Source: Anthoceros angustus
Taxonomy: Eukaryota > Plantae > Anthocerotophyta
DNA length: 64,000 bases
Reading direction: 5' to 3'
Assembly: GCA_010909165.1 (NCBI GenBank)
Contig: MU008181.1
Coordinates: 248,001-312,000, forward strand
Positions 23,363-34,877 of the stretch are shown here, piece after piece. A program made the translations under genes and the position numbers. The notes beneath the pieces were generated by a model that had not been told where the DNA came from, ran no database searches, and was given only the letters and a program-made list of their open reading frames with translations. Every line of letters begins with the position of its first letter. Position 1 is the first letter of the stretch.

Positions 23363-25855
23363 TCACGACAGTACGTAACCGGCAACCAGAAAACCATGCA
23401 CCAGTCCGTCCATGTCTGCCCACCAGCTCTGACCTGGCTGCTTCCAAGCCCCAACCCCTTTTCTCCTTGCCTGTGTCTCCCGTGCCTCCTCCCACATCTG
23501 GGCACCAGAGTAGATGTTCGACAACAACACATATGCTACGGCATCTTTCTTGTCCAGCTTTACTGCTTCGTTGAATGCGTGTCGTCCCACCTCCACATTG
23601 CCCCACTTTCGACAAGCGCCCAGGAGAGCGTGCCACACAGAAGCATTGGGCAGTACAGGCATTGTTCTTACCAAAGCTAGTGTTTCATCCAGTTGGCCTG
23701 CACGGCCCAGGAGATCCACCATGCATGTATAGTGGTCTACCGTGGGTGTGATGCCATGCTGTTTGCTCATAGCCTCAAAATACTCTCGTCCCTTGGCCAC
23801 AAGACCAGTATGGCTGCATACTGTAAGAACACTAAGGAATGTGACCCTATCGGGCTGTACTCCCTCCTCGCTCATTCTCCGAACCAATTGAAACACCTTG
23901 TCACTGTGTCCCTGAGAAGTATATCCAGCAATGAGAGCAGTCCAGGTGACACCATTGGTCTTGGCCAATGCATCAAACACCTGCTGTGCATCGACCATGC
24001 TACCGCACTTTCCGTACATATTTATCAAGCTGCTGGCTACGACCTCGTCAGCTTGAAGTCCTTGTTCTCTAACCTGTTCATGAAGCTGCTTTCCTAAATG
24101 CAAAGCTGCCACGTTTGCGCAAGCCTGCAGGAGGCATGCAAAAGTTACAGAATCAGGTACAGCCATGCCCTCTTCCAGCATAGAACGGTACAGCCGAAGA
24201 GCTTCCTGACCCATGCCCTGCTGAGAATATCCTGCTATCAGGGCGGTCCATGTCACTACATTTTTTTGACCAAGTAGATCAAACACAGCCTTAGCATCCT
24301 CAAGGCTGCCACACTTTGCGTACATGTGGACCAAAGCGCTGGCTACAGCCTCATCACCTTGAAATCCTTGTTCTCTAATTTGTGCATGAAGCTGCTTCCC
24401 TTTCTCTAACGCTGGAGTGCCCACACTTGCACATGCCTGCAGGAGGCACAAGAATGTCACAGAATCGGGTGCAGTTATCCCACCTTCTTGCATAGAACTA
24501 TAAAGACTAAGCGCTTCCTGCCCCATCCCCTGCCGAGAATACCCTGCTATCATGGTGCTCCACGTAACCACATCTTTCTGGGCAAGTTCTCCAAAGACTG
24601 TCCGGGAGTCCTCCAAGCTGCCACACTTCACATACATGTTTACCAAACTGCTAGATATGTTTTCATGACCTTGGAGACCTAGTTCTCTGATTTGTGCATG
24701 AAGCTGCCTCCCCTTTTCCAACGCTGGGGAACCCACACTTGCACATGCCTGCAGAAGGCACACAAACGTCACAGAATTGGGTGCCACCGTGCCTTCTTCT
24801 TGCATCACCCTGTAGAGATGAAGGGCTTCCTGCCCCATTCCCTGCTGGGAATATCCTGCTATCATTGCACTCCATGTCACCACATCCTTCTCACCAAGTC
24901 CGTCAAACACTCTCTGCGCGTCTTCCAAGCTGCCACATTTTGCATACATGTCCACCAGGCAATTCCACACAAACATACTTGGCTGCACGCTAGTAGCCAG
25001 GACATCAGCATGCACCAGCTGCCCATGTTTCAAGTCTGATCCCTTTGCACAAGCCTGAAGCGCTGCTACAAACACATGCCCATCAGGCTTCGTACGTGAC
25101 ATCCGCATTCGACGATATAGTTGTATGGCCTGCTTATCTTGTCCATACTGAACATGTGCAGATATGATGGCAGACCAGGTGAATGCATCCGGTTCGGTAA
25201 CCACATTGAACACGTCCACAGCTTCTTGCAGCCGACCACGAGAAGCGTACATCCGCAGGATGTGGTTGCACAAGAACGTGTCCGACTCATACCCTGTTTT
25301 CACGCTGAGAGCATGAACACGGCGACCCAGAAGCAGATCCTTCTTCGCAGCACATTCTTTTATGACCGTGTACAAGACAGATTTGGAAATGCAACAGTCC
25401 GTGTGCACCAGAGCTTCAAGGGCCTGAACGGCCTCAGTGAGCTGCCCCCGCTGACACAATTCGCTCACGGATTTAGCAGTCACGCCCATCCCGTATACTG
25501 GAGGCCCACGAGTCTCAGAATCATCATTTGGCACGCTCCTTTTGGGAAGTGGAAGGGCACAACGGCCACTCTCCACACCCAGAGTAGCTTTCTGCACGTC
25601 CACCTGAAGTACCTCTAGGGACTCCAGATATGGGAAACCAATTAGCGAACGGGAGCTCTTCTTTCGTCGCCTGTCATCCCACCAAGGTGGGATGTCCTTA
25701 TACAATTGTCCGCACGGCGGCTCCTGGCAACCACCCTTGCTGGAAGATCCATCTCTAGAATTAGCTGCCTTTCTGGTTAGGGCCAACTCTTGCTTCCTCG
25801 AAGTCGGATGAGCCGGGGTTCGTCCGAGACTACCTCTTAACCTCCGAACAGCCAT
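23363..25855 (-). CDS. PLS-class pentatricopeptide repeat protein with E1/E2 and a PG-box-like tail, no DYW domain; candidate organellar RNA-editing factor
   Basis: Repeating P-L-S triplets (DVVTWSAMIAGYSQQGMGQEAL / SVTFVCLLQACA / SSLVNMYVKCGSLED), P2-L2-S2 (SVLTVCSHTGLVAKGREYF, DHYTCMVDLLGRAG), E domains (VWHALLGACRKWGNV, AYVLLSNIY), ending WKQPGQSWWADMDGLVHGFLVAGYVLS*. The first ATG is at 25855. Confidence 0.95.
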   Translation of the reverse strand: MAVRRLRGSLGRTPAHPTSRKQELALTRKAANSRDGSSSKGGCQEPPCGQLYKDIPPWWDDRRRKKSSRSLIGFPYLESLEVLQVDVQKATLGVESGRCALPLPKRSVPNDDSETRGPPVYGMGVTAKSVSELCQRGQLTEAVQALEALVHTDCCISKSVLYTVIKECAAKKDLLLGRRVHALSVKTGYESDTFLCNHILRMYASRGRLQEAVDVFNVVTEPDAFTWSAIISAHVQYGQDKQAIQLYRRMRMSRTKPDGHVFVAALQACAKGSDLKHGQLVHADVLATSVQPSMFVWNCLVDMYAKCGSLEDAQRVFDGLGEKDVVTWSAMIAGYSQQGMGQEALHLYRVMQEEGTVAPNSVTFVCLLQACASVGSPALEKGRQLHAQIRELGLQGHENISSSLVNMYVKCGSLEDSRTVFGELAQKDVVTWSTMIAGYSRQGMGQEALSLYSSMQEGGITAPDSVTFLCLLQACASVGTPALEKGKQLHAQIREQGFQGDEAVASALVHMYAKCGSLEDAKAVFDLLGQKNVVTWTALIAGYSQQGMGQEALRLYRSMLEEGMAVPDSVTFACLLQACANVAALHLGKQLHEQVREQGLQADEVVASSLINMYGKCGSMVDAQQVFDALAKTNGVTWTALIAGYTSQGHSDKVFQLVRRMSEEGVQPDRVTFLSVLTVCSHTGLVAKGREYFEAMSKQHGITPTVDHYTCMVDLLGRAGQLDETLALVRTMPVLPNASVWHALLGACRKWGNVEVGRHAFNEAVKLDKKDAVAYVLLSNIYSGAQMWEEARETQARRKGVGAWKQPGQSWWADMDGLVHGFLVAGYVLS

Positions 25856-26039
25856 GGCAGGTAGGCGGTTGCAATGTGGCAATCAACGGAGATCGACACA
25901 TTTTTCACCACGAGTATGGGGTGTAGGGCATATACCACAGTAAGCTTCTCCCCCTGGACAGACAGACGACATCCCCTTCCATGCTCAAACATTTCTGCCA
26001 GTGACAACTCCATGCTGGAAAAGGGCTTGCTTCGCTTCA

Positions 26040-26260
26040 GCTTTGCTTCGCCAACAAAGGAAATGGTCTCTGCACATTCCTACAGAAGGAACACAAACGT
26101 CACAGCATTGAATGCAACAACTCCTCCTTCTTGCGTATGCCTGTGAAGATGAAGGGCTCCCTGCCCCATGCCCTGCTCCATGTAACCACATCATTTTCAA
26201 TGTCTGAGAGTCTTCGAAACTGAAATAGATCACCCACCAAGCACGTCGAGGTCCCGTCAC
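26040..26260 (-). pseudogene. Degenerate PPR fragment (one P-L unit) upstream of the PPR gene
   Basis: gatgtggttacatggagcagggcatggggcagggagcccttcatcttcacagg..gcaagaaggagg..gtgacgtttgtgttccttctgtaggaatgtgca closely resembles the neighbouring gene's QGMGQEALHLYRVMQEEG..VTFVCLLQACA coding DNA, but it has deletions and a stop. Confidence 0.75.
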
Positions 26261-27284
26261 CGTGCAAGAGAACTGGAACACGCCAACAGATGAAAGGCAT
26301 AGTAATGTCCAGCTGCATCCACAAAGAACTGGATTCGAACGACTGTGGCATATTTGCTGGAAAATCCTGGAACAGAAAATCAGTGGTTGGCGAAGTGGCT
26401 GAATTGTCTTTTGGGGGAAAACCGCTGTGCCGGTGGGGAACCTCCTACCCGCAACCATGGCTCACCCTCGGTTAGGCACGCCGAGCTCCGCGGCGATGGC
26501 TTCGCCTGGATCTGCAAGATAGGACATTGCGAGGATGTGGCGTGGCATGCACATATCAAATGTAGCGCTCATGAATTGATCGTTAAACATGACTTCCATA
26601 TTTTGTTTCATTTCAAAGTATATATATATCTATTAAAAGCTATATATATTTAAGTTAATAAATATATAAAATTAAAATAACGTAATATGAAGGAGTAGAG
26701 TTTACAATTATATTTATCATGAAAAACTTGTTTTTCAGGTGGTATAGATTTAAATGTACATTATTCAAAGTTATACGAACTTTCTAATCACAAGATTATG
26801 TAATTAAGAAATATTTTTTAGATAAAATTGCTCTAGTATTCGTGTTTGAACAAGACTGCTTAACATATAATAACAAAACAGGAACATGGTAGTCTCCGAT
26901 ATACTGAAAGATGTGCCATGACTGGATAGCAAAATATGGTCGTGTGCAAGGGGTATGTGATAAGTCTTCTTTCCTTCCCTATGCTTCTATGTTGGGACGA
27001 GTATGTACTGTAATACACTTTTTTTTCCTTATGCTCTTATGTTAGGAAGAGTCACGTTCCAAAACAAACTTACTCGATCCAGTAGCCCAAACTTTTGCGT
27101 TCCACACTTTATAATCTTGTTCGCTCATCAACTCTTGTCGATTTGCATGGCATTTTGATTGGTAGCTAGTGTGTTGGCTAATGAAGTATCTACCAATTTT
27201 TTGATGCGAAAAATCTTTAGCTCTAGTGTTGAACTGTCTATATTCGGTTAAATATACTGGTTGGAGGGAATGCATTGCTCACAC

Positions 27285-27560
27285 GTTGCATTTCTTGTCT
27301 TTTCACGTGTTGGGAATGTAATTGACCTAACTGAACTGTGCTTCATGAGAGTCGACATTTCTTGTCTTTTCAGGTGTTGGGAATGCAATTGACCCGTCTG
27401 AATTGTGCTTCATGAGAGTCGACAAGTCATCGCATCGGAGAGCATGAAAGAATTGTGCGCAGGGAATGACAAATTTATTAACTTTCATGATGATTGCTGT
27501 GGTGCGCAGGGAATGACAAATTTATAAACTTTCATGATGGTTGCCGAGATGCGAAGGGCA
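27285..27560. repeat. Two adjacent short tandem duplications (~68 bp x2 and ~48 bp x2.5)
   Basis: catttcttgtcttt..gtgttgggaatg.aattgacc..tgaa.tgtgcttcatgagagtcgaca occurs twice, and gtgcgcagggaatgacaaatttat.aactttcatgatg occurs twice. Confidence 0.8.
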
Positions 27561-28591
27561 TGATAAATTCACAGGCAAGACGCTACTAGACCTTACAAAC
27601 TGAATGCGGATGCCCCACTAAGCAGTGGATTGCTCCTTGGAATCTTGTTTCAAGCTAATGTTGCATCCGGCTGCCGAAATTCAACCAAGGATTGAGGCAG
27701 TAATATCTCTTTTTTACAAAAAAATTGTATGGCATGGAGGGGAGCCACCTCCAAGCTCCTGGCGTGTGTCGCAAATCCAGAGCCGCAATCTTGTTTACCT
27801 GTAGGTGCATGATGTATATTACTTCGTCTTGTCCCGCCACAGCCTCGAACTCGGGCAATGCACGCTCGAAGATATGAGAATGCTCGAGAGACACGACTTT
27901 CCCCCGGAATTGAGTGAACATGGAACCAGGCATGGCGTCTACCTCCGTCCAGGCCACGCATGCGAAGTCCATTTCCCAGATCTGCAGACACGACTTCATG
28001 GAGCCCTTGCACACAAAGACCGCGCAAAGCAGCCGGTCCCCCAAGTTGATGAGGTTGGAATACCAGATGTTTAAGACCGGCGACTTGGCTAGGCCCAACT
28101 AGCTCCAGTTGGCCCGCTCCATATGGTAGACTAGCTCCAGTTGGCCCGCTCCATATGGTAGACCCATGTCGGCCTGCCCACGGCCAACCTGCTCCAGGCT
28201 GAGCTAGCCAACCGCAGATCGCACGCCAGCAGATCATGGTTTGCGGTCAAGCAATAGAGAACGGTATCGACAAACACTCCCCGCCCTACTGCCAGCCCTA
28301 CTGCCTGCCCTCCTATTTGACACGGCAAGGCCAAGGTTGTCACACTCCAGCTCTGAAGCGCGGAGTCGAACACATACGTCCGGACGGGGGGTTGCCAATC
28401 GTCCACCACCACCAGCTTGAAGCATTTGGCCACGACGTCCACGCACACCACTTGCTTAAACCGCAGGACTTTCGGGAACGCCGGCGGGGAGGCCTAGGAG
28501 CACGCCACTAGGTTGACGATGTGTGTCACGACCATCTCCTCTTGCGCAAAATGCCTCACCTGCGGATGGAAATGAAACACCAGCTTGCCGC

Positions 28592-31500
28592 CCCTGGCCC
28601 ATATCGGGGCATGCTACTGCATGCTCACTCCCTTCAGCGGCCCATGTCAAGGCATGTTGCATGCTCACCCCCTTTAGTGGCCCACGTCGAGGCATGCTGC
28701 ATGCTCACTCCCTTCAGCGGCCCATGTCAAGGCATGTTGCATGCTCACCCCTTTAGTGGCCCACGCCGAGGCATGTCATCACCCCTTTAGTGGCCACGTC
28801 GAGGCAGCCGCATGCTCACTCCCAGCCCACATGTCAAGGCATGTTGCATGCACCCCTTTAGTGGCCACGTCGAGGCATCTTTGCATGCTCACTCCCCATG
28901 ACCCATGTCAAGGCATGTTGCATGCTCACCCCTTTAGTGGCCACGTCGAGGCATCTTTGCATGCTCACAAGCCCATGTCAAGGCATGTTGCATGCTCACC
29001 CCTTTAGTGGCTACGTCGAGGCATGCGCATGCTCACTCCCTTCAGCGCCCTACTCACCTTTCACCCCTAGTGGCCACGCCGAGGCATGCATGCTCCTCCT
29101 CTTGCCGCCCATGTCATGTTGCATGCTCACCTTTAGTGGCCACCCCGAGGCATCTTGCATGCTCACTCCCTTGACCCATGTCAAGGCATGTTGCATGCTC
29201 ACCCCTTTAGCCGAGGCATGCTTGCATGCTCCTCCTTGACCCGACAACATGCTCACCCCTTTAGTGGCCCACGCCGAGGCATCTTGCATGCTCACTCCCT
29301 TCAGGCCCATGTCAAGGCATGTTGCATGCTCACCCCTTTAGTGGCCACGTCGAGGCCCACGTCGAGGCATGCATGCTCACCCCTTTAGTGGCCACGTCGA
29401 GGCCCGCCGAGGCATCGCATGCTCATGCTCACTCCCTTGACCCATGTCAAGGCATGTTGCATGCTCCACTCCTTGAGGGCCCATGTCAAGGCATGTTGCA
29501 TGCTCACTCCTTGAGGGCCCATGTCAAGGCATGTGCATGCTCATGCTCACTCCCTTGGCCCATGTCGAGGCATGTTGCATGCTCACTCCCTTGAGGCCAT
29601 GTCAAGGCATGTTGCATGCTCACCTTTAGTGGCCACGTCGAGGCATCTTTGCATGCTCACTCCCTTGACCCATGTCAAGGCATGTTGCATGCTCACCCCT
29701 TTAGTGGCCACGTCGAGGCATCTTTGCATGCTCACAAGCCCATGTCAAGGCATGTTGCATGCTCACCCCTTTAGTGGCCACGTCGAGGCATGCTCATGCT
29801 CACTCCCTTCAGCCCATGTCAGGCATGTTGCATACTCACCTTTCACCCCTAGTGGCCACGCCGAGGCATGCATGCTCCTCCTCTTGCCGCCCATGTCATG
29901 TTGCATGCTCACCTTTAGTGGCCACGCCGAGGCATCTTGCATGCTCACTCCCTTGACCCATGTCAAGGCATGTTGCATGCTCACCCCTTTAGCCGAGGCA
30001 TGCTTGCATGCTCCTCCTTGACCCGACAACATGCTCACCCCTTTAGTGGCCCACGCCGAGGCATCTTGCATGCTCACTCCCTTGACCCATGTCAAGGCAT
30101 GTTGCATGCTCACCCCCTTTAGTGGCCCACGTCGAGGCCGCGTCGGGGCATGCATGCTCACCCCTTTGGTATTGCAGTCGAGGCCCACGTCGGGGCATCT
30201 TGCATACTCACTTATGCCCATGTCAAGGCATGTTGCATGCTCCTCCTTGAGGGGCCCATGTCAAGGCATGTTGCATGCTCCTCCTTGAGGGCCCATGTCA
30301 AGGCATGTTGCATGCTCACTCCCTTGGGGCCCATGTCAAGGCATGTTGCATGCTCACTCCTTGAGCCGGCCCATGTCAAGGCATGTTGCATGCTCACTCC
30401 TTCGGGGCCCATGTCGCATGTTGCATGCTCACCCCTTTAGTGGCCACGTCGAGGCATCGCATGCTCACTCCCTTCGCCGCCCATGTCGAGGCATGTTGCA
30501 TGCTCACCCCTTTAGTGGCCACGAGGGCCGAGGCATCTTGCATGCTCACTCCCTTGTGCCCATGTCAAGGCATGTTGCATGCTCACCCCTTTAGTGGCCC
30601 ACGTCGGCATGCCGCATGCTCACTCCTTCGGCCCATGTCAAGGCATGTTGCATGCTCACCCCTTTAGTGGCCCACGTCGAGGCGTCGAGGCATGCCGCAT
30701 GCTCACTCCTTCGCCGCCCATGTCAAGGCATGTTGCATGCTCACCCCTTTAGTGGCCACGTCGAGGCATGTCTTGCATGCTCACTCGGGGCCCATGTCAA
30801 GGCATGTTGCATGCTCACCTTTAGTGGCCGTCGAGGCGTCGAGGCATCTTGCATGCTCACTCCTTCAGGCCCATGTCGGGGCATGTTGCATGCTCACCCC
30901 TTTAGTGGCCCACGTCGAGGCATCTTGCATGCTCACTCCTCGAGGCCCATGTCAAGGCATGTTGCATGCTCACCCCTTTAGTGGCCCACGTCAGGCGTCG
31001 AGGCCGCATGCTCACTCCCCTCCGCCCATGTCGAGGCATGTTGCATGCTCACCCCTTTAGTGGCCCACGGGGCATCTTGCATGCTCACTCCCTTCGGCCC
31101 ATGTCAAGGCATGTTGCATGCTCACCCCTTTAGTACGTCGAGGCATCGCATGCTCACTCCTTGGCCCATGTCAAGGCATGTTGCATGCTCACCCCTTTAG
31201 TGGCCCACGTCGAGGCCGAGGCATCTTGCTCACTCATGTTGACCATGTCAAGGCATGTTGCATGCTCACCCCTTTAGTGGCCACGTCCGAGGCGTGTATC
31301 TTGCATGCTCACTCCTTCGGGGCCCATGTCAAGGCATGTTGCATGCTCACACTTTAGTGGCCCACGTCGAGGCGAGGCATGCCTGCATGCTCACTCCTTC
31401 GCCGGCCCATGTCAGGCATGTTGCATGCTCACCCCTTTAGTGGCCCACGTCGAGGCATGCCTGCATGCTCACTCAGGGCCCATGTCAGGCATGTTGCATG

Positions 31501-32801
31501 CTCACCCCTTTAGTATTACGTGGCGTCGAGGCATCTTGCATGCTCACTCCTTGACCCATGTCAAGGCATGTTGCATGCTCACCCCTTTAGTGGCCACGCC
31601 GAGGCATCTTGCATGCTCACTCCTTGACCCATGTCAAGGCATGTTGCATGCTCACCCCTTTAGTGGCCGCGTCAAGGCATGCTGCATGCTCCCTTCTGAC
31701 CCATGTCAAGGCATGTTGCATGCTCACCCCTTTAGTGGCCCACGTCGAGGCATCTTGCATGCTCACTCCCTTCAGGGCCCATGTCAGGCATGTTGCATGC
31801 TCACCCCTTTAGTGGCCCACGTCGGCCGAGGCATCTTGCGCTCACTCCCTTGGCCCATGTCAAGGCATGTTGCATGCTCACCCCTTTAGTGGCCCGTCGA
31901 GGCATGCCTGCATGCTCACTCCCTGATGTCAAGGCATGTTGCATGCTCACCCCTTTAGTGGCCCACGTCAAGGCATGCTCACTCCTCCCTTGACCCATGT
32001 CAAGGCATGTTGCATGCTCACCCCTTTAGTGGCCCACGTCGAGCATCTTGCATGCTCACTCCCTTCAGGGCCCATGTCAAGGCATGCTCACCCCTTTAGT
32101 GGCCACCAGGCGCCGAGGCATCTGCATGCTCACCCCTCTGGCCGCCCATGTCAAGGCATGTTGCATGCTCACCCCTTTAGTGGCCACGAGGCATGCTGCA
32201 TGCTCACTCTCAGCCCATGTCAAGGCATGTTGCATGCTCACCCCTTTAGTGGCCACGTCAAGGCATGCATGCTCACTCCCTTCCGGCCCATGTCAAGGCA
32301 TGTTGCATGCTCACCCCTTTAGTATTACGTCGAGGCATCTTGCATGCTCACTCCCTTCGGGGCCCATGTCAAGGCATGTGCATGCTCCACCCCTTTGTGT
32401 GGCCACGAGGCGTCGAGGCATCTGCATCTCCCTCCCGCTAATGGCCCATGTCAAGGCATGTTGCATGCTCACCCCTTTAGTGTTACATTCGGGGCATGCT
32501 GCTCCTCACTCTCAGTAGCCCATGTCAGGCATGTGCACGCCTCACCCCTTTAGTATTGGCCACGTCAAGGCATCTTTGCTCACTCCCTTCTGACCCATGT
32601 CAAGGCATGTTGCATGCTCACCCCCTTTAGTGGCCCACGTCGAGGCATTTGCATGCTCACCCCATTTGCATGCTCACCCCCTTTAGTGGCCCACGTCGAG
32701 GCATGCCGCATGCTCACCCCCTTCAGGGTCCCACGTTAAGGGACCTACGTCAAGGCATACCACATGCTCACCTACGTCAAGGCATACCACATGCTCACCC
32801 T
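28592..32801. repeat. Satellite array, ~39-bp monomers in alternating A/B dimers (~77 bp), ~4.2 kb
   Basis: A = gcccatgtcaaggcatgttgcatgctcacccctttagtg and B = gcccacgtcgaggcatcttgcatgctcactcccttcagg. A higher-order duplicated block is offset by 782 bp (29081 vs 29863). Confidence 0.97.
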
Positions 32802-32868
32802 CTCCAGAGGCAATCATTTGCAGGCGTACGGAAGATCTCCCAACCATGGCGGGAGTTGGAGTTGGTAC

Positions 32869-33237
32869 AATTTGGAAAAGAGCTGAGCCTTTATGGAGAG
32901 GGAACAAAACACTCCCATACAATATGGGTTATATGCACTAGGCACACTAGATACTAGCACACAAGAACACTTGCACACACCGCACCCCACATGTAGGTGG
33001 GCTTGGCCTTATATAGTCTTAGCCTTGAATCCTATTGGTCACTTGACCTTGAATCCTATTGGTTACTTGACCTTGAGTCTATTTCACTTGACCTTGAATC
33101 CCTCGTCACTTGACTTGCCCTTTACTTTTGGGCTTTCTAGAAGATACTTTCTAGAAAATGCATGACTTTCAAGTTTGTTATTTTTAGGGCACTCTTCATA
33201 ACATATTTTGATATGTTGTAATAAATCACTTCTAACA
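32869..33237 (-). mobile_element. Solo-LTR-like insert with a 5-bp TSD
   Basis: On the minus strand it starts TGTTAG and has ~20-bp tandem enhancer-like repeats with two CCAAT boxes and CTATATAAG. It is flanked by GGTAC at 32864-32868 and 33238-33242. It ends ...TTCCAAATT, so the canonical CA lies 4 bp inside the boundary. Confidence 0.75.
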
Positions 33238-34877
33238 GGTACCAGCGGTCGGAGGCGGGGTCATAGGCGCACGAGGCCAGGCCACGAATCCAACCCCTCG
33301 TTCGGCACCGGATACACCACCCAGGCGCGCCAGATCCCGCTCCCGCTCACGGTTCCTAACCCCCGACTCCACCAAGCCCGAGGATGCCGATGTCACCGCA
33401 TTCCACCGTTTGCATACCGCCCGGGATCGCACCAGGCTCACCAGCGCCAGCTGAGCTTGAATCTTGGCTACAACATCGTCCGACAGCTCGCTCTAGGGAA
33501 CCTCCTCCTCCTCCCCGTCGCTTCGTCTGTACCCTTCCCGCCCGCCTTCTTGGAACCCATGACAATCAGCTCCAAGGTTATACAAGGGCGGAGGCCCGGC
33601 CTGGAACTTGTGTAAGGAGGACCTAGTTCAAATTTCTAGCAAGTCTGGAATAATTTTGTGAGGAACCAGAACTCGAATTCGAGCCTATAGTTGGAGCAAA
33701 AATTGGAAACTGGGGCAATTGTTGTGTTCTTCGAAATAGGCTGGGGCCTTGTTGTTGACCTCCTCTATTTAGAGATGTTTACAGGAGCCAAAACTGGAAA
33801 TCTATTTCCAAAAATGGAAATGGGGCATTGTGTTGGTTCTGAATATGGTTTAGAGCTTTATACACGTTGACCTACACCTCGAAGTCTACAAGGTAAATCA
33901 CACGTAGAACACAGCCTAAGGGTCCATATATAGGGTGGAGGACCCATATCCTAATATATGTCACACAGGTCCACGTGTGGCACTAGATAATCATATAGAT
34001 TTCTAAATATTAATCCTTCCAATATTTTAATATATATATGTTAGTAAATTGGGAAACTTATGTCGTGTGTGAAATCTCCAAGAACAATTGCCTTTGTTCA
34101 GTGACCGTGGGGGCTATATAAGATAAAAAATATATATAGTTAAATTGACTTCATAATAGACTAAGTAGTCCAAGTCAAATCAAGTTGACGTAGGTCAAAA
34201 AATAAGAAAGGTTCACAACTTTGAATAGAAAACCATCTATAAAGGTTGGGCCTCAAAAACTCAATGTCTTTCATGTGTTTTAATGAAATCTTCAATAAGA
34301 ACATCACCTTGAGTCTCCAAAATTATTGATCTCCAAACATGATATTATGAGAACTTCCCTTGGGTCTTGTATGTACCTCATTTTATCTAAATATTGTGAG
34401 ATTTAAATATTGCGTTGTATTCTTTGGACCAAGAGTATCTAAACATTGCGTTTCAAAGGGTACTAGTATTGGTGAAAAAAAAATTAATCATTTATCCCCC
34501 TTTACCATTGAGACGAGCACCGGGCCATGGGTAAAGATTTCTCCACGTTCATCAAGGCCTGTGCCAAGGCTTACTACAACCGCAAGAATAGGGTTGGTCT
34601 CCTCCTTTCTAGTGTAGTGGCTTTCTTCTGGCAACAGGCGTCCATTGTCCTTTGCAGGGCGTTGGCCAACGCAGCGTAGAAGTCGGCAACAAGCTCAGGG
34701 GATACGACATCTTCACCACTAGTGGTAGGTAGCCCTTTCATATTCTGGACCACAACATTATCGGAGCACTAGGTAGTTTCAAGATGAGCGATCACGGGGG
34801 CTAGTCCCCCTTGGCATGGTGCCCTCCATAGGGTTGTTCCCCTTAGTCTTAGGGTAGATGGGATTTCCCATTTCTTT

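Larger units (their letters stand above)
27655..33560 (-). pseudogene. F-box protein pseudogene interrupted by a solo-LTR-like insert and a 4.2-kb satellite
   Basis: F-box motif P*SELSDDVVAKIQAQLALVSLVRSRAVCKRWNAV lies at ~33500-33400. Removing the inserts gives AYDPASDRWYQLQLPPW..MIASGGGKLVFHF..FKLVVV..RTYVFDSALQSWS..GVFVDTVLYCL..LQIWEMD..WTEVDAMP. A TAG replaces a likely TGG, and a 32-bp duplication lies at 28100-28163. Confidence 0.85.

Noticed and set aside
28521-32957. Dozens of ORFs such as MLHAHPFSG / MSRHVACSPL, and a CRISPR-like periodicity
   Set aside because: They are translations of the satellite. There are no unique spacers between repeats and no cas genes, and the context is eukaryotic.
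34480-34620. VVSLGTG patatin-like motif on the minus strand
   Set aside because: It is an isolated 7-residue match with no other patatin motifs and with surrounding stops.
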